DNA of 64,000 bases from Planctomycetota bacterium (GTDB lineage: Bacteria > Planctomycetota > UBA8108 > SXIK01): positions 2,624,001 through 2,688,000 of the forward strand of contig CBDCXR010000004.1 in assembly GCA_965223845.1 (NCBI GenBank), in the 5' to 3' direction. Positions 1 to 8,660 of the stretch are shown here, piece by piece. How positions within the stretch are numbered: position 1 is the first letter of the stretch; each line of letters begins with the position of its first letter. The position numbers and the translations under genes are program-made. Under the pieces are notes generated by a model. The model searched no databases. It saw nothing but the letters and a program-made list of their open reading frames with translations, and was not told the origin of the DNA.

Positions 1-2
1 TC

Positions 3-2018
3 TCGACGCGCGAGATCGAAATCCTGCGCGAGTGGATTCTCGCGGGCGCCCCCTGGGAGGGTCACTGGGCGTTTACCCCCCCGCGGCGTCCGCCCCTCCC
101 CGCGATCCGCGTGCGCGACTGGCCGCGCGGTCCGATCGACACCTTTGTCCTCGCCCGACTCGAGGAGCGCGGACTCAGGCCGTCGCCCGAAGCCGACCGC
201 TACACTCTCATTCGACGAGTCTCGCTCGACCTCACGGGGATCCTCCCCTCTCCGGAACGCGCCGCTAGGTTCGCGAGCGACAACGCGCCAGACGCGTACG
301 AGCGTCTCGTCGACGAGCTCCTCGCGAGCGCGCACTACGGTGAGCGCTGGGGTAAGCACTGGCTCGATCAAGCGCGCTACGCGGACTCGAACGGATACTC
401 TCACGACAGCCCTCGACGCGCGTGGCCCTACCGCGACTGGGTGATCGCCGCGGTGAACGCGGATCTCCCGTTCGACGAGTTCACGATCGAGCAGCTCGCC
501 GGCGACTTGCTTCCCGATCCGTCCGTCGAGCAGCTCGTCGCGACGGGATTCCACCGCAACACGCTCATCAGCACCGAAGGGGGATCCGATCCCGAACAGT
601 TCCGCGTCGAATCGGTCATCGATCGCGTGAACACGACCGGAGCCGTCTGGCTCGGTCTCACGCTCGGGTGTGCGCAGTGTCACTCGCACAAGTTCGATCC
701 GATCGCCCAGCGCGAGTACTACGAGCTCTTCGCGTTCTTCAACAACACCGAAGACCGAAACCACGCGCGCCCGGAAATCCAGGTGCCGCTCCCCGGCTAC
801 CGGGAACGGCGGGAGGCGATCGCCGTCGCGAAGGCTTCGCTCGCGACGCTCGGAGAGACGGCGACGCCGGGGACCGCCGACGAGGAGCGAGCTCGCCTAA
901 CGAAGGCCATCGGCAAGCTCGAGGCCGAAGCGAAGAAGCTCAGGGTCGGCGCGATGGTGATGCGGGAGCGCAATGAGCTGCGGCCGACTCACCGCTTCGT
1001 CCGCGGCGACTTCCTCCGTCCGGCCGAACAGGTCGAGCCCGGAGTGCCGAAAGCGCTAGGCGCGCTCACCCCGGCGGACTCGCGCCCGACGCGACTCGAC
1101 CTAGCCCGCTGGCTCGTCTCCCGCGAGAATCCGCTCACCGCGCGCGTGATGGTCAATCGCGTTTGGATGCACTTCTTCGGCCGCGGAATCGTCGAGACGG
1201 AGAACGACTTCGGCACGCAGGGTACGCTGCCGACACATCCCGACCTGCTCGACTGGCTCGCCGTCGAGTGGGTGGAGCGCGGCTGGTCGATGAAGGAGCT
1301 CCACCGGTGGATCGTCACTTCGGCGACGTACCGGCAGTCCTCGCGCGCGCGACCCGAGCTCGATGCGGTCGACCGCCGCGGGATCTGGCTCGGACGGCAG
1401 CAGCGGCTCCGTGTCGACGCGGAGGTCGTCCGCGACATCGCGCTCTCGGCGAGCGGACTCCTCCACCGAGCTATGGGCGGCGCGCCGATCTATCCGCCGC
1501 AGCCCGACGGCGTGTACGCATTCACCCAGGTGAAGCATCCCTGGCCGACCACCCGCGGACAGGATCGATTCCGCCGCGGGCTCTACATTCAGTACTTTCG
1601 AAACACCCCGTACCCGCTTCTCTCGACGTTCGACGCACCGAACTTCAGCCAGACCTGTACGCGGCGCTTTCGATCGAATACGCCGCTCCAGTCGCTCACG
1701 CTCGCGAACGACGAAGCGCTCTTCGAAATCGCGCGGGCTCTCGCGGCTCGCGTCTCGGAGTCGAGCTCGGACCGCATCGAGGATCGGCTCGAGTTCCTCT
1801 TCCGTCGCGTCGTCGTCCGGCCTCCCACCGGCGACGAGCTCTCCGTACTCGCGCGGTTTTATGCGCTCCAGGTCGAGCGGTTCCGCGCGGACCCAAAGGG
1901 CGCCGAGGCAGCCGCGTCCGCAGCGCTCGCGGAGGCGCTCGGTGCAGCGGAGGCCGCCGCGTGGGTTGCGGTCGCGCGCGTGCTGCTCAATCTCGACGAA
2001 GCGATCACGCGAGAGTAG
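3..2018 (+). CDS. DUF1549/DUF1553 (PSCyt2/PSD1) planctomycete cytochrome c-domain protein, 5' partial
   Basis: Frame is open from position 3 (..LREWILAGAPWEGHWAF..). Motifs: PID.FV, LIRRVSLDLTG, YGERWGKHWLD.ARYADS, CAQCHSHKFD, NPLTARVMVNRVW, SNTPLQSL, C-terminal LLNLDEAITRE. Confidence 0.93.
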   Translation, partial: STREIEILREWILAGAPWEGHWAFTPPRRPPLPAIRVRDWPRGPIDTFVLARLEERGLRPSPEADRYTLIRRVSLDLTGILPSPERAARFASDNAPDAYERLVDELLASAHYGERWGKHWLDQARYADSNGYSHDSPRRAWPYRDWVIAAVNADLPFDEFTIEQLAGDLLPDPSVEQLVATGFHRNTLISTEGGSDPEQFRVESVIDRVNTTGAVWLGLTLGCAQCHSHKFDPIAQREYYELFAFFNNTEDRNHARPEIQVPLPGYRERREAIAVAKASLATLGETATPGTADEERARLTKAIGKLEAEAKKLRVGAMVMRERNELRPTHRFVRGDFLRPAEQVEPGVPKALGALTPADSRPTRLDLARWLVSRENPLTARVMVNRVWMHFFGRGIVETENDFGTQGTLPTHPDLLDWLAVEWVERGWSMKELHRWIVTSATYRQSSRARPELDAVDRRGIWLGRQQRLRVDAEVVRDIALSASGLLHRAMGGAPIYPPQPDGVYAFTQVKHPWPTTRGQDRFRRGLYIQYFRNTPYPLLSTFDAPNFSQTCTRRFRSNTPLQSLTLANDEALFEIARALAARVSESSSDRIEDRLEFLFRRVVVRPPTGDELSVLARFYALQVERFRADPKGAEAAASAALAEALGAAEAAAWVAVARVLLNLDEAITRE

Positions 2019-2032
2019 ATGAGCGATTCCTC

Positions 2033-3493
2033 ATGACGTCTCCACGGTCCGAATTTCAGCGCTTCGAGGATGACCAAGTCCTCGCCGACACGCGCCGCCA
2101 CTTCTTCCGCCGCTGCGGAGTCGGCGTCGGAACCATGGCCCTCACATCGCTCCTCGCGCGCGAAGGCGCACTTCGGGCCGACGACGAGTCGGCGAAGGGC
2201 GCGCAGGCCTTCCCCGGCTTCGCTCCGCGCGCCCGCCGCGTGATCTATCTCTTCATGGCGGGTGGTCCGAGTCAGCTCGAGCTCTTCGATCACAAGCCGG
2301 AGCTCACTCGCCTGAGCGGCGAAGCTCCCCCTGAGAGCTTCATGAAAGGGAAGCGCTTCGCGTTCATCAAGAAGGGCGCGCGGCTCCTCGGAGGACTCCG
2401 CACCTTCGGACGCTACGGCGAATCGGGAGCCGAGCTGAGCGATCTCTTGCCCCACCACCGAGCGATTGTCGACGACGTCTGTTTTGTGAAGGGGATGCAG
2501 ACCGACGTCTTCAACCACGGCCCGGCGAAGCTGTTCACGAACACGGGGGCCCCACAGCCCGGCCGCCCGAGCATGGGCTCGTGGGTGACCTACGGACTCG
2601 GAAGCGAATCGGACTCGCTTCCCGGATTCGTGGTGCTTCAGTCCGGACCGCGCGGGCCGCGGGCCGGCGCGTCGCTTTGGGCAAGCGGCTTTCTCCCGAC
2701 GACGTTTCAGGGCGTCCCGTTCCGATCGGTCGGATCGCCCATCCTCCATCTCGAGAGCCCGCCCGGCTTCGATCGACGGCGACAACGAGACTTCTTCGAT
2801 GCCGTCCACGCGCTCAACTCGAAGCGTCTCGCGGTGACCGGCGACCCGGAGATCGACACCCGCATCCGCGCCTACGAGATGGCCTACCGCATGCAGACGA
2901 GCGCACCCGAGCTCATGGACACGTCGGACGAGCCGAGGTCGGTGTTCGATCTCTACGGTCCCGACGCGGAGAAGCCTTCGTTCGCGCGGAATTGCATCTT
3001 GGCGCGTCGCCTCATCGAGCGCGGCGTGCGTTTCGTTCAGCTCTACCACACGAACTGGGATCACCACGGAGGGCCGGGCGAGCGGCTCGACACTGACCTC
3101 GAACGGACTGCCCATCAGGTCGACCAGGCCTCGGCGGCCCTCATCGTAGACCTCAAGAATCGCGGGCTCCTCGACGACACACTCGTGATTTGGGGCGGAG
3201 AGTTCGGCCGGACGCCGATGGGTGAAGTGCGGAAGACGACCGGCCGCGACCACCACATCGACGCGTATACGCTCTGGCTCGCGGGTGGCGGAATCCGTCC
3301 CGGAATCACCTACGGCGCCACCGACGCGCTCGGAATCGCACCCGTCGAAGGCCGCGTGCACGTCCACGATCTCCAGGCGACGGTTCTGCATCTTCTCGGC
3401 ATCGACCACAAACGCCTGACGTACCGGTTTCAGGGTCGGGATTTCCGACTCACGGACGTCCACGGCGAGGTGATCCAGTCGATTCTTGCGTAA
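2033..3493 (+). CDS. DUF1501 domain protein (sulfatase/alkaline phosphatase-like, Tat substrate)
   Basis: ATG 2033 lies 14 nt after the upstream stop. Twin-arginine TRRHFF, VIYLFMAGGPSQLELFD, GRPSMGSW, WDHH, GGEFGRTP, GRDHH, RDFRLTDV. Confidence 0.93.
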   Translation: MTSPRSEFQRFEDDQVLADTRRHFFRRCGVGVGTMALTSLLAREGALRADDESAKGAQAFPGFAPRARRVIYLFMAGGPSQLELFDHKPELTRLSGEAPPESFMKGKRFAFIKKGARLLGGLRTFGRYGESGAELSDLLPHHRAIVDDVCFVKGMQTDVFNHGPAKLFTNTGAPQPGRPSMGSWVTYGLGSESDSLPGFVVLQSGPRGPRAGASLWASGFLPTTFQGVPFRSVGSPILHLESPPGFDRRRQRDFFDAVHALNSKRLAVTGDPEIDTRIRAYEMAYRMQTSAPELMDTSDEPRSVFDLYGPDAEKPSFARNCILARRLIERGVRFVQLYHTNWDHHGGPGERLDTDLERTAHQVDQASAALIVDLKNRGLLDDTLVIWGGEFGRTPMGEVRKTTGRDHHIDAYTLWLAGGGIRPGITYGATDALGIAPVEGRVHVHDLQATVLHLLGIDHKRLTYRFQGRDFRLTDVHGEVIQSILA

Positions 3494-3602
3494 CGTGCGA
3501 ATCCCCGAGCAATCGTTGTCCCGCGGGGTTTGGGTCCGTACGATTCGCGGCTTCGTGGGATAGACTGGGACGAGGAGCGGGGCTGGACGATTTTCCGCCG
3601 GT

Positions 3603-3623
3603 GGATCGACCCCGGGTCGATCC
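3603..3623. promoter_or_regulatory. Inverted repeat GGATCGACCC-C-GGGTCGATCC (candidate operator or leader hairpin)
   Basis: Perfect 10-bp arms with a 1-nt centre, 27 nt upstream of ATG 3651. Confidence 0.35.
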
Positions 3624-3650
3624 GTCCGCGGGGCACATCGAGGAACATTC

Positions 3651-6600
3651 ATGTCGCAGCGATTCTGGCTGTATTTCCTTTGCGTGACGTTTGCCGCGGC
3701 GACGACTACGAGGGCGCTCTCGGGTCAGAGCATCGTCATCAACGAGATCTTCGCCGCCGGCGAAAACCCCCTCACCGACGAGGACGGGGACGATAGCGAC
3801 TGGTTCGAGTGTCACAACTCGACGCCAGACGACATCGCGCTCGGGGGTTGGTTCGCAACCGACGATCCGCTCACGCCCCAGAAGTGGCAGTTCCCGAACG
3901 TAACTCTCCCGGCGGGCGGCTATCTCGTCGTCTTCGCATCGGGGAAGGACCGAGACGATCCGAACGGCGAGATCCACACGAGCTTCAAGCTCGCGAGCGA
4001 GGGCGAGCACCTGGCGATCCTTCGCCCGAACGGCGACGTCGAGCACATGTACGATCCGTTCCCCGCGCTTCCCGACGGCGTTTCGTTCGGTCTTTCGGGC
4101 GAGGTCGCGACGCTCATCCCGATCGGCGCCGCGGCCGACATCGTCGTTCCGACGAGCGGTGTGCTCGGACTCACCTGGACCGAAGTCGGGTTTGCGCCCG
4201 ATGCATCGTGGGCGACGGGACCCACCGGAATCGGCTACCACACCGGCGGCGAGAGCCTCCTCCCCGCGCCTCTGAGTAGCTGGACGCTCGATGGCACAGT
4301 CGCCGATGTCGTCGGTCCGAACGACGGTACGTTTGTCGGAGGTGCGGCGAACTACGTCGAGGGTTTTGACGGCTCGAGTGGAACCGCGCTAGACTTCGAC
4401 GGGAGCGATGACTACATCGACGTCTCGACCGCAAGCGGCCTTCCGATCTACGATTCGCCGGCGTTCACGATCGCGATGTGGGTGAAGGGCGGACCGCAGA
4501 ACGACAAGCGAGTCTTCTCCGAAGGCTCGTCGTCGAACAACACGCCTCTCTTTACGATCGGCACCGACGCCTCCGGGAACACCGGCAAGGTCGATATTTT
4601 CGTACGATCGAACGGAAGCACAGTCGTCCCTCACCGACTGTCGCAAGGGATCGCGTTCGACAACACATGGCACCACATCGCGTGGGTGGACGAAGACGGC
4701 GACGCCGCGCTCTACATCGACGGCGAGCTCGACGGGCAGAATTTTTCCTACTCGAAGCCGGCACTCGATCTAGACATCACCTCGATCGGAAGCGTTCTCC
4801 GCGCGTCGGCGTGCTGCTTCTTCAACGGCCAAATCGACGACGTCGGCATCTGGGATCTCGCGCTCACCGCCGAAGAGATCGCCGCGCTCGCCAGCGGTGC
4901 ACCGCCCGATTCGGGGAGCCTCTACGCGCCTCTCGTCGCGACGGACGTCGAATCCGAGCTCCGCGGCAACGGGACGTCGCTCTACGCGCGGATCCCGTTC
5001 GATGTCGCCGATGCCGGCGCGATCACGTCGCTCTCACTGGGAATTCAGTACGACGACGGATTCGCCGCTTACCTAAACGGCACGGAGGTGGTGCGTCGCA
5101 ACGCTCCCGGCGCGCTCGCTTGGGACTCCGCGGCGACCGCGGAACGGAGCGATGCCGCCGCGACTGTCGTCGACGAGATCAACCTCACTCCGTTCGCCGC
5201 CTCCCTTCGCGACGGAGCGAACGTTCTCGCGATCCACGCTCTCAACCGGACGAGCGACGACCCGAGCTTTCTTCTCCGCCCGCGTCTCGTCGCCTCCGGG
5301 GCGTCGGCCACGGCGACCCGCTTCTTCGGCGAGCCGAGCCCGGGCGCCGCCAACACCGGTGGTGCGGTCGACTTCGTCCAAGACACGAAATTCACCGTCG
5401 ACCGCGGCTTTTTTGACGCACCGTTTAACGTCGAGATCACGACGGCGACACCGGACGCGACGATTCGCTACACCACGGACGGCACGGCGCCGACGGCGAC
5501 GCACGGGGACATCTACGACGGACCGATCGCGGTTACGACCACGACCACGCTCCGAGCGGCCGGATTCAAGGACGGCTTCGAGCCCACAAACGTCGACACG
5601 CACACGTACATTTTTCTCGACGACGTCCTCGCGCAGCCGAATCAGCGTCCCGGGTACCCGTCGACGTGGCAGGGCTTCCCGGCCGACTACGGCATGGACC
5701 CCGAGGTCACGACGGACGTCGACTCGCCGAACTACCATCCGGGCGTCAAGGATGCGCTCGCGTCGCTCCCCACGATGTCTCTCGTTCTCGCGCCGAACGA
5801 CCTCATGGGCGGCAGCGGGATCTACACGAATTCGCTTTCGCGCGGTTCGGGCTGGGAGCGGTCGGCGTCGATCGAGCTCATTCTTCCCGAGGGAATGCTC
5901 GGACCCGAGGGCAACGGGCGCGAGTTCCAGGTCAACTGCGGAGTCCGCATGCAGGGCGGCTCGAGCGCCCGCCCGGGCGAAGGAAAGCACTCGTTTCGCC
6001 TTCTCTTCAAGGACGAGCACGGACCGACGAAGCTTCGCTTCGGCCTCTTTCCCGATTCGCGCGTGGATCGATTCGACACGGTCATTCTCCGCTGCTTCTC
6101 CACCGATAGCTGGCATTTCAAAGACGGCGGCGCGCGCTACCGGCGATGGGATTCACAGTTCATCCGCGACCTCTGGATGAAAGACACGCAACTCGCGATG
6201 GGCCACCTCTCGGGTCACAACAGCTACGTCCACCTCTACGTGAACGGATTCTACTGGGGCGTTTACAACCCGTCGGAACGCCCGGACGACTCGTTCCTCT
6301 ACCAGCACGACCAGAGGGAAGAGGTTCCCCAGAGCACTCGGAAGGAGGACTGGGACGTCGTCAAAGACTTCAACGAGCTCTTCCGCGGAAACCGCCAGGC
6401 GTGGGACCAGCTCATGAGCCTCGCCAACTCCGGCCTCTCCTCGGTGACCTCGTACCAGCGGCTCCAGGGCAACAACCCCGACGGCACGCGCAATCCCGCC
6501 TATCCCGTCCTCCTCGACGTCGACAACCTCATCGACTACATGATGCTCCATCTGTACGGGTGTGCGGAGGACTGGCCGCATCACAACTGGTACGCGGGGC

Positions 6601-8645
6601 GCAGCCGAACGGCGGACTCGCGGGGATGGCGCTTCTTCGTCTGGGACCAGGAGATCGTTCTCGACTTCGTCTTCCGCGATCGGCTCGACGTCTCGAACTC
6701 GAACTCTCCTGCGTTCGTATACTCGCGCCTGCGCGCGAACGAGGAGTTTCGCGTGCGCTTCGGTGATCGAATTCAGCGGCACCTCTTTCACGAAGGCGTG
6801 CTCACCAACGATGTCGCGCGCGCACGCTGGAACGCTCGCGCCGATCAGATCGACTCGGCGGTGATCGCCGAGTCGGCGCGCTGGGGCGACTACCGAATGG
6901 ATGTCGCGGATCCGCGAAACAGCCCGGCGGAACTCTACACGCGCGAGGATCATTGGCTCGTCGAGAAGGAGAAGGTTCTCAACACTTACCTCCCCGAGTC
7001 GCATCGCCGCGCGATGACTCGCTTCCGCCGCGAGAACCTCTACCCCGCCGTCGATCCCCCGATCCTCTCGCAGCACGGAGGCGTGGTTGCGCGCGACTTT
7101 CCGCTCGGGATCGCCGCACCGCTCGGAACTGCCTACTACACGCTAGACGGATCGGATCCGCGCCTCGAAGGGGGCGAGGTTTCGCCCACGGCGATCGCGG
7201 CGGGCGTCGGAGCGACCGAGACGATTCTTGGCTCTCCTGCACCCGCGCGCTATCTCGTCCCTTCCGACGACTCGGTCGACTCGACGTGGACCGCGGTCGA
7301 TTTCCCCGACGACGACTGGACGGCGGGAGAGTCCGCGATCGGATACGAGCGCTCGAGCGGTTACGAGGACGACTACGTGGTCGACCTCGAAGGCGAGATG
7401 TACGGTCTCAGCCCGACGGTCTATCTGCGCATCCCGTTCGACGTCGCGGATCCTTCTCAGTACGCGTTCCTTCGCCTCGAGATTCAGTACGACGACGGAT
7501 TCGTCGCGTACCTAAACGGCGAAGAAATCGCGCAGCAAAACGCTCCGGCAGATCTCTCGTATGCAGCGCGAGCGGACGACTCCCATCCCGACGCCGACGC
7601 GCAGGAGTTCCTCGGCTTCGACCTGACCGGCGCCGCCTCTCTGCGCGCGGGGCGCAATGTCCTCGCGATTCATGGGCTGAACGCGAGCGCAACAAGCAGT
7701 GACTTCCTCATCGCGCCGCGGCTCGTCGGCGGAAGTCTCGCCGAATCGGCGATTCCGATCGAGTCGACTTCGGTCGTCAAGGCGCGCTCGCTCCAGGGCG
7801 GGGAGTGGAGCGCTCTCGTCTCGGCCACGTTCTACCTCGATGAGCCGCTTGATCTCCGCATCACCGAGGTCCACTATCACCCGCGCTCGGAACCGGGAAG
7901 CCCGTTCAACGGGGACGACTTCGAGTTCGTCGAGATGCAGAACGTCGGTCCGGAGACGATCGCGCTCACCGGCGTTCGGCTGAGCGGAGCGATCGAGTTT
8001 CAGTTCCCGACCGACGAAGTCTGGGAGCTCGCCCCTGGTGAGACCGTGCTCGTCGTCGAGAACTTTCCGGCGTTCACCGAGCGTTACGACACGAATGGCA
8101 TGTTCATCGCCGGCGAGTACCGCGGCAACCTCTCGAACGGAGGAGAGTGGATCACGCTCGAAAGCGCAACCGGCGAGCTGATCCTCGAGTTCGCCTACGA
8201 CGACGAATGGTATCCATCGACGGACGGAGCGGGGAGCTCGCTCGAAATCGTCAACGCACTCGGTCCGGCTTCCGATTGGCTGTTTTCGGCCGCGTGGGCA
8301 CCGAGCGCCGTGACGGACGGCACTCCCGGCGAGCACCCGCTCGGGCCGCCGCCGGACGGCGGGCTCCAGCTCATCGGCGACGGCAACCAGGACGGAAACA
8401 GCGACATCTCCGACGCCGTCGCAACGCTTCTCCTCCTCTTTGGCGGCGGCGATCTCATCGCGCCGTGCGATGGCGACTCTCCGTTCGAGGGCGGGAATCT
8501 CGTTCTTCTCGATATCAACGCGGACGGCGGATTCAACGTCGCCGACGCGGTCCACCTCCTCAACTATCTCTTCGGCGACGGCGACCCGCCGCCGCTCGGA
8601 TCGGGGTGCGTCCGGATCCCCGGTTGTCCCAACGTCTGTCGTTGA
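3651..8645 (+). CDS. Secreted lamin-tail (LTD)/LamG/CotH kinase family protein with CHB_HEX_C-like domains and C-terminal dockerin-like domain
   Basis: Signal peptide. LTD (IVINEI..SDWFE), LamG (AMWVKG..WHHIAW..LYIDG..GQIDDV), IRYTTDGTAP, CotH motifs (RMQGGSS, KHSFRL, HLYVNGFYWGVY, DWPHHNWY, WDQE, AESARWGD), second LTD (RITEVHYHP), dockerin GDGNQDG..DINADG. Confidence 0.9.
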   Translation: MSQRFWLYFLCVTFAAATTTRALSGQSIVINEIFAAGENPLTDEDGDDSDWFECHNSTPDDIALGGWFATDDPLTPQKWQFPNVTLPAGGYLVVFASGKDRDDPNGEIHTSFKLASEGEHLAILRPNGDVEHMYDPFPALPDGVSFGLSGEVATLIPIGAAADIVVPTSGVLGLTWTEVGFAPDASWATGPTGIGYHTGGESLLPAPLSSWTLDGTVADVVGPNDGTFVGGAANYVEGFDGSSGTALDFDGSDDYIDVSTASGLPIYDSPAFTIAMWVKGGPQNDKRVFSEGSSSNNTPLFTIGTDASGNTGKVDIFVRSNGSTVVPHRLSQGIAFDNTWHHIAWVDEDGDAALYIDGELDGQNFSYSKPALDLDITSIGSVLRASACCFFNGQIDDVGIWDLALTAEEIAALASGAPPDSGSLYAPLVATDVESELRGNGTSLYARIPFDVADAGAITSLSLGIQYDDGFAAYLNGTEVVRRNAPGALAWDSAATAERSDAAATVVDEINLTPFAASLRDGANVLAIHALNRTSDDPSFLLRPRLVASGASATATRFFGEPSPGAANTGGAVDFVQDTKFTVDRGFFDAPFNVEITTATPDATIRYTTDGTAPTATHGDIYDGPIAVTTTTTLRAAGFKDGFEPTNVDTHTYIFLDDVLAQPNQRPGYPSTWQGFPADYGMDPEVTTDVDSPNYHPGVKDALASLPTMSLVLAPNDLMGGSGIYTNSLSRGSGWERSASIELILPEGMLGPEGNGREFQVNCGVRMQGGSSARPGEGKHSFRLLFKDEHGPTKLRFGLFPDSRVDRFDTVILRCFSTDSWHFKDGGARYRRWDSQFIRDLWMKDTQLAMGHLSGHNSYVHLYVNGFYWGVYNPSERPDDSFLYQHDQREEVPQSTRKEDWDVVKDFNELFRGNRQAWDQLMSLANSGLSSVTSYQRLQGNNPDGTRNPAYPVLLDVDNLIDYMMLHLYGCAEDWPHHNWYAGRSRTADSRGWRFFVWDQEIVLDFVFRDRLDVSNSNSPAFVYSRLRANEEFRVRFGDRIQRHLFHEGVLTNDVARARWNARADQIDSAVIAESARWGDYRMDVADPRNSPAELYTREDHWLVEKEKVLNTYLPESHRRAMTRFRRENLYPAVDPPILSQHGGVVARDFPLGIAAPLGTAYYTLDGSDPRLEGGEVSPTAIAAGVGATETILGSPAPARYLVPSDDSVDSTWTAVDFPDDDWTAGESAIGYERSSGYEDDYVVDLEGEMYGLSPTVYLRIPFDVADPSQYAFLRLEIQYDDGFVAYLNGEEIAQQNAPADLSYAARADDSHPDADAQEFLGFDLTGAASLRAGRNVLAIHGLNASATSSDFLIAPRLVGGSLAESAIPIESTSVVKARSLQGGEWSALVSATFYLDEPLDLRITEVHYHPRSEPGSPFNGDDFEFVEMQNVGPETIALTGVRLSGAIEFQFPTDEVWELAPGETVLVVENFPAFTERYDTNGMFIAGEYRGNLSNGGEWITLESATGELILEFAYDDEWYPSTDGAGSSLEIVNALGPASDWLFSAAWAPSAVTDGTPGEHPLGPPPDGGLQLIGDGNQDGNSDISDAVATLLLLFGGGDLIAPCDGDSPFEGGNLVLLDINADGGFNVADAVHLLNYLFGDGDPPPLGSGCVRIPGCPNVCR

Positions 8646-8660
8646 CGAGGGCGAGTCTCG

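Noticed and set aside
1163-2032. Apparent long N-terminal extensions of the DUF1501 ORF (also 45946-46167, 61357-62058, 37986-38195, 53919-54038)
   Set aside because: These are Arg/Pro-rich read-through into overlapping frames of neighbouring genes. The true starts are marked by RBS, signal or Tat motifs further downstream.
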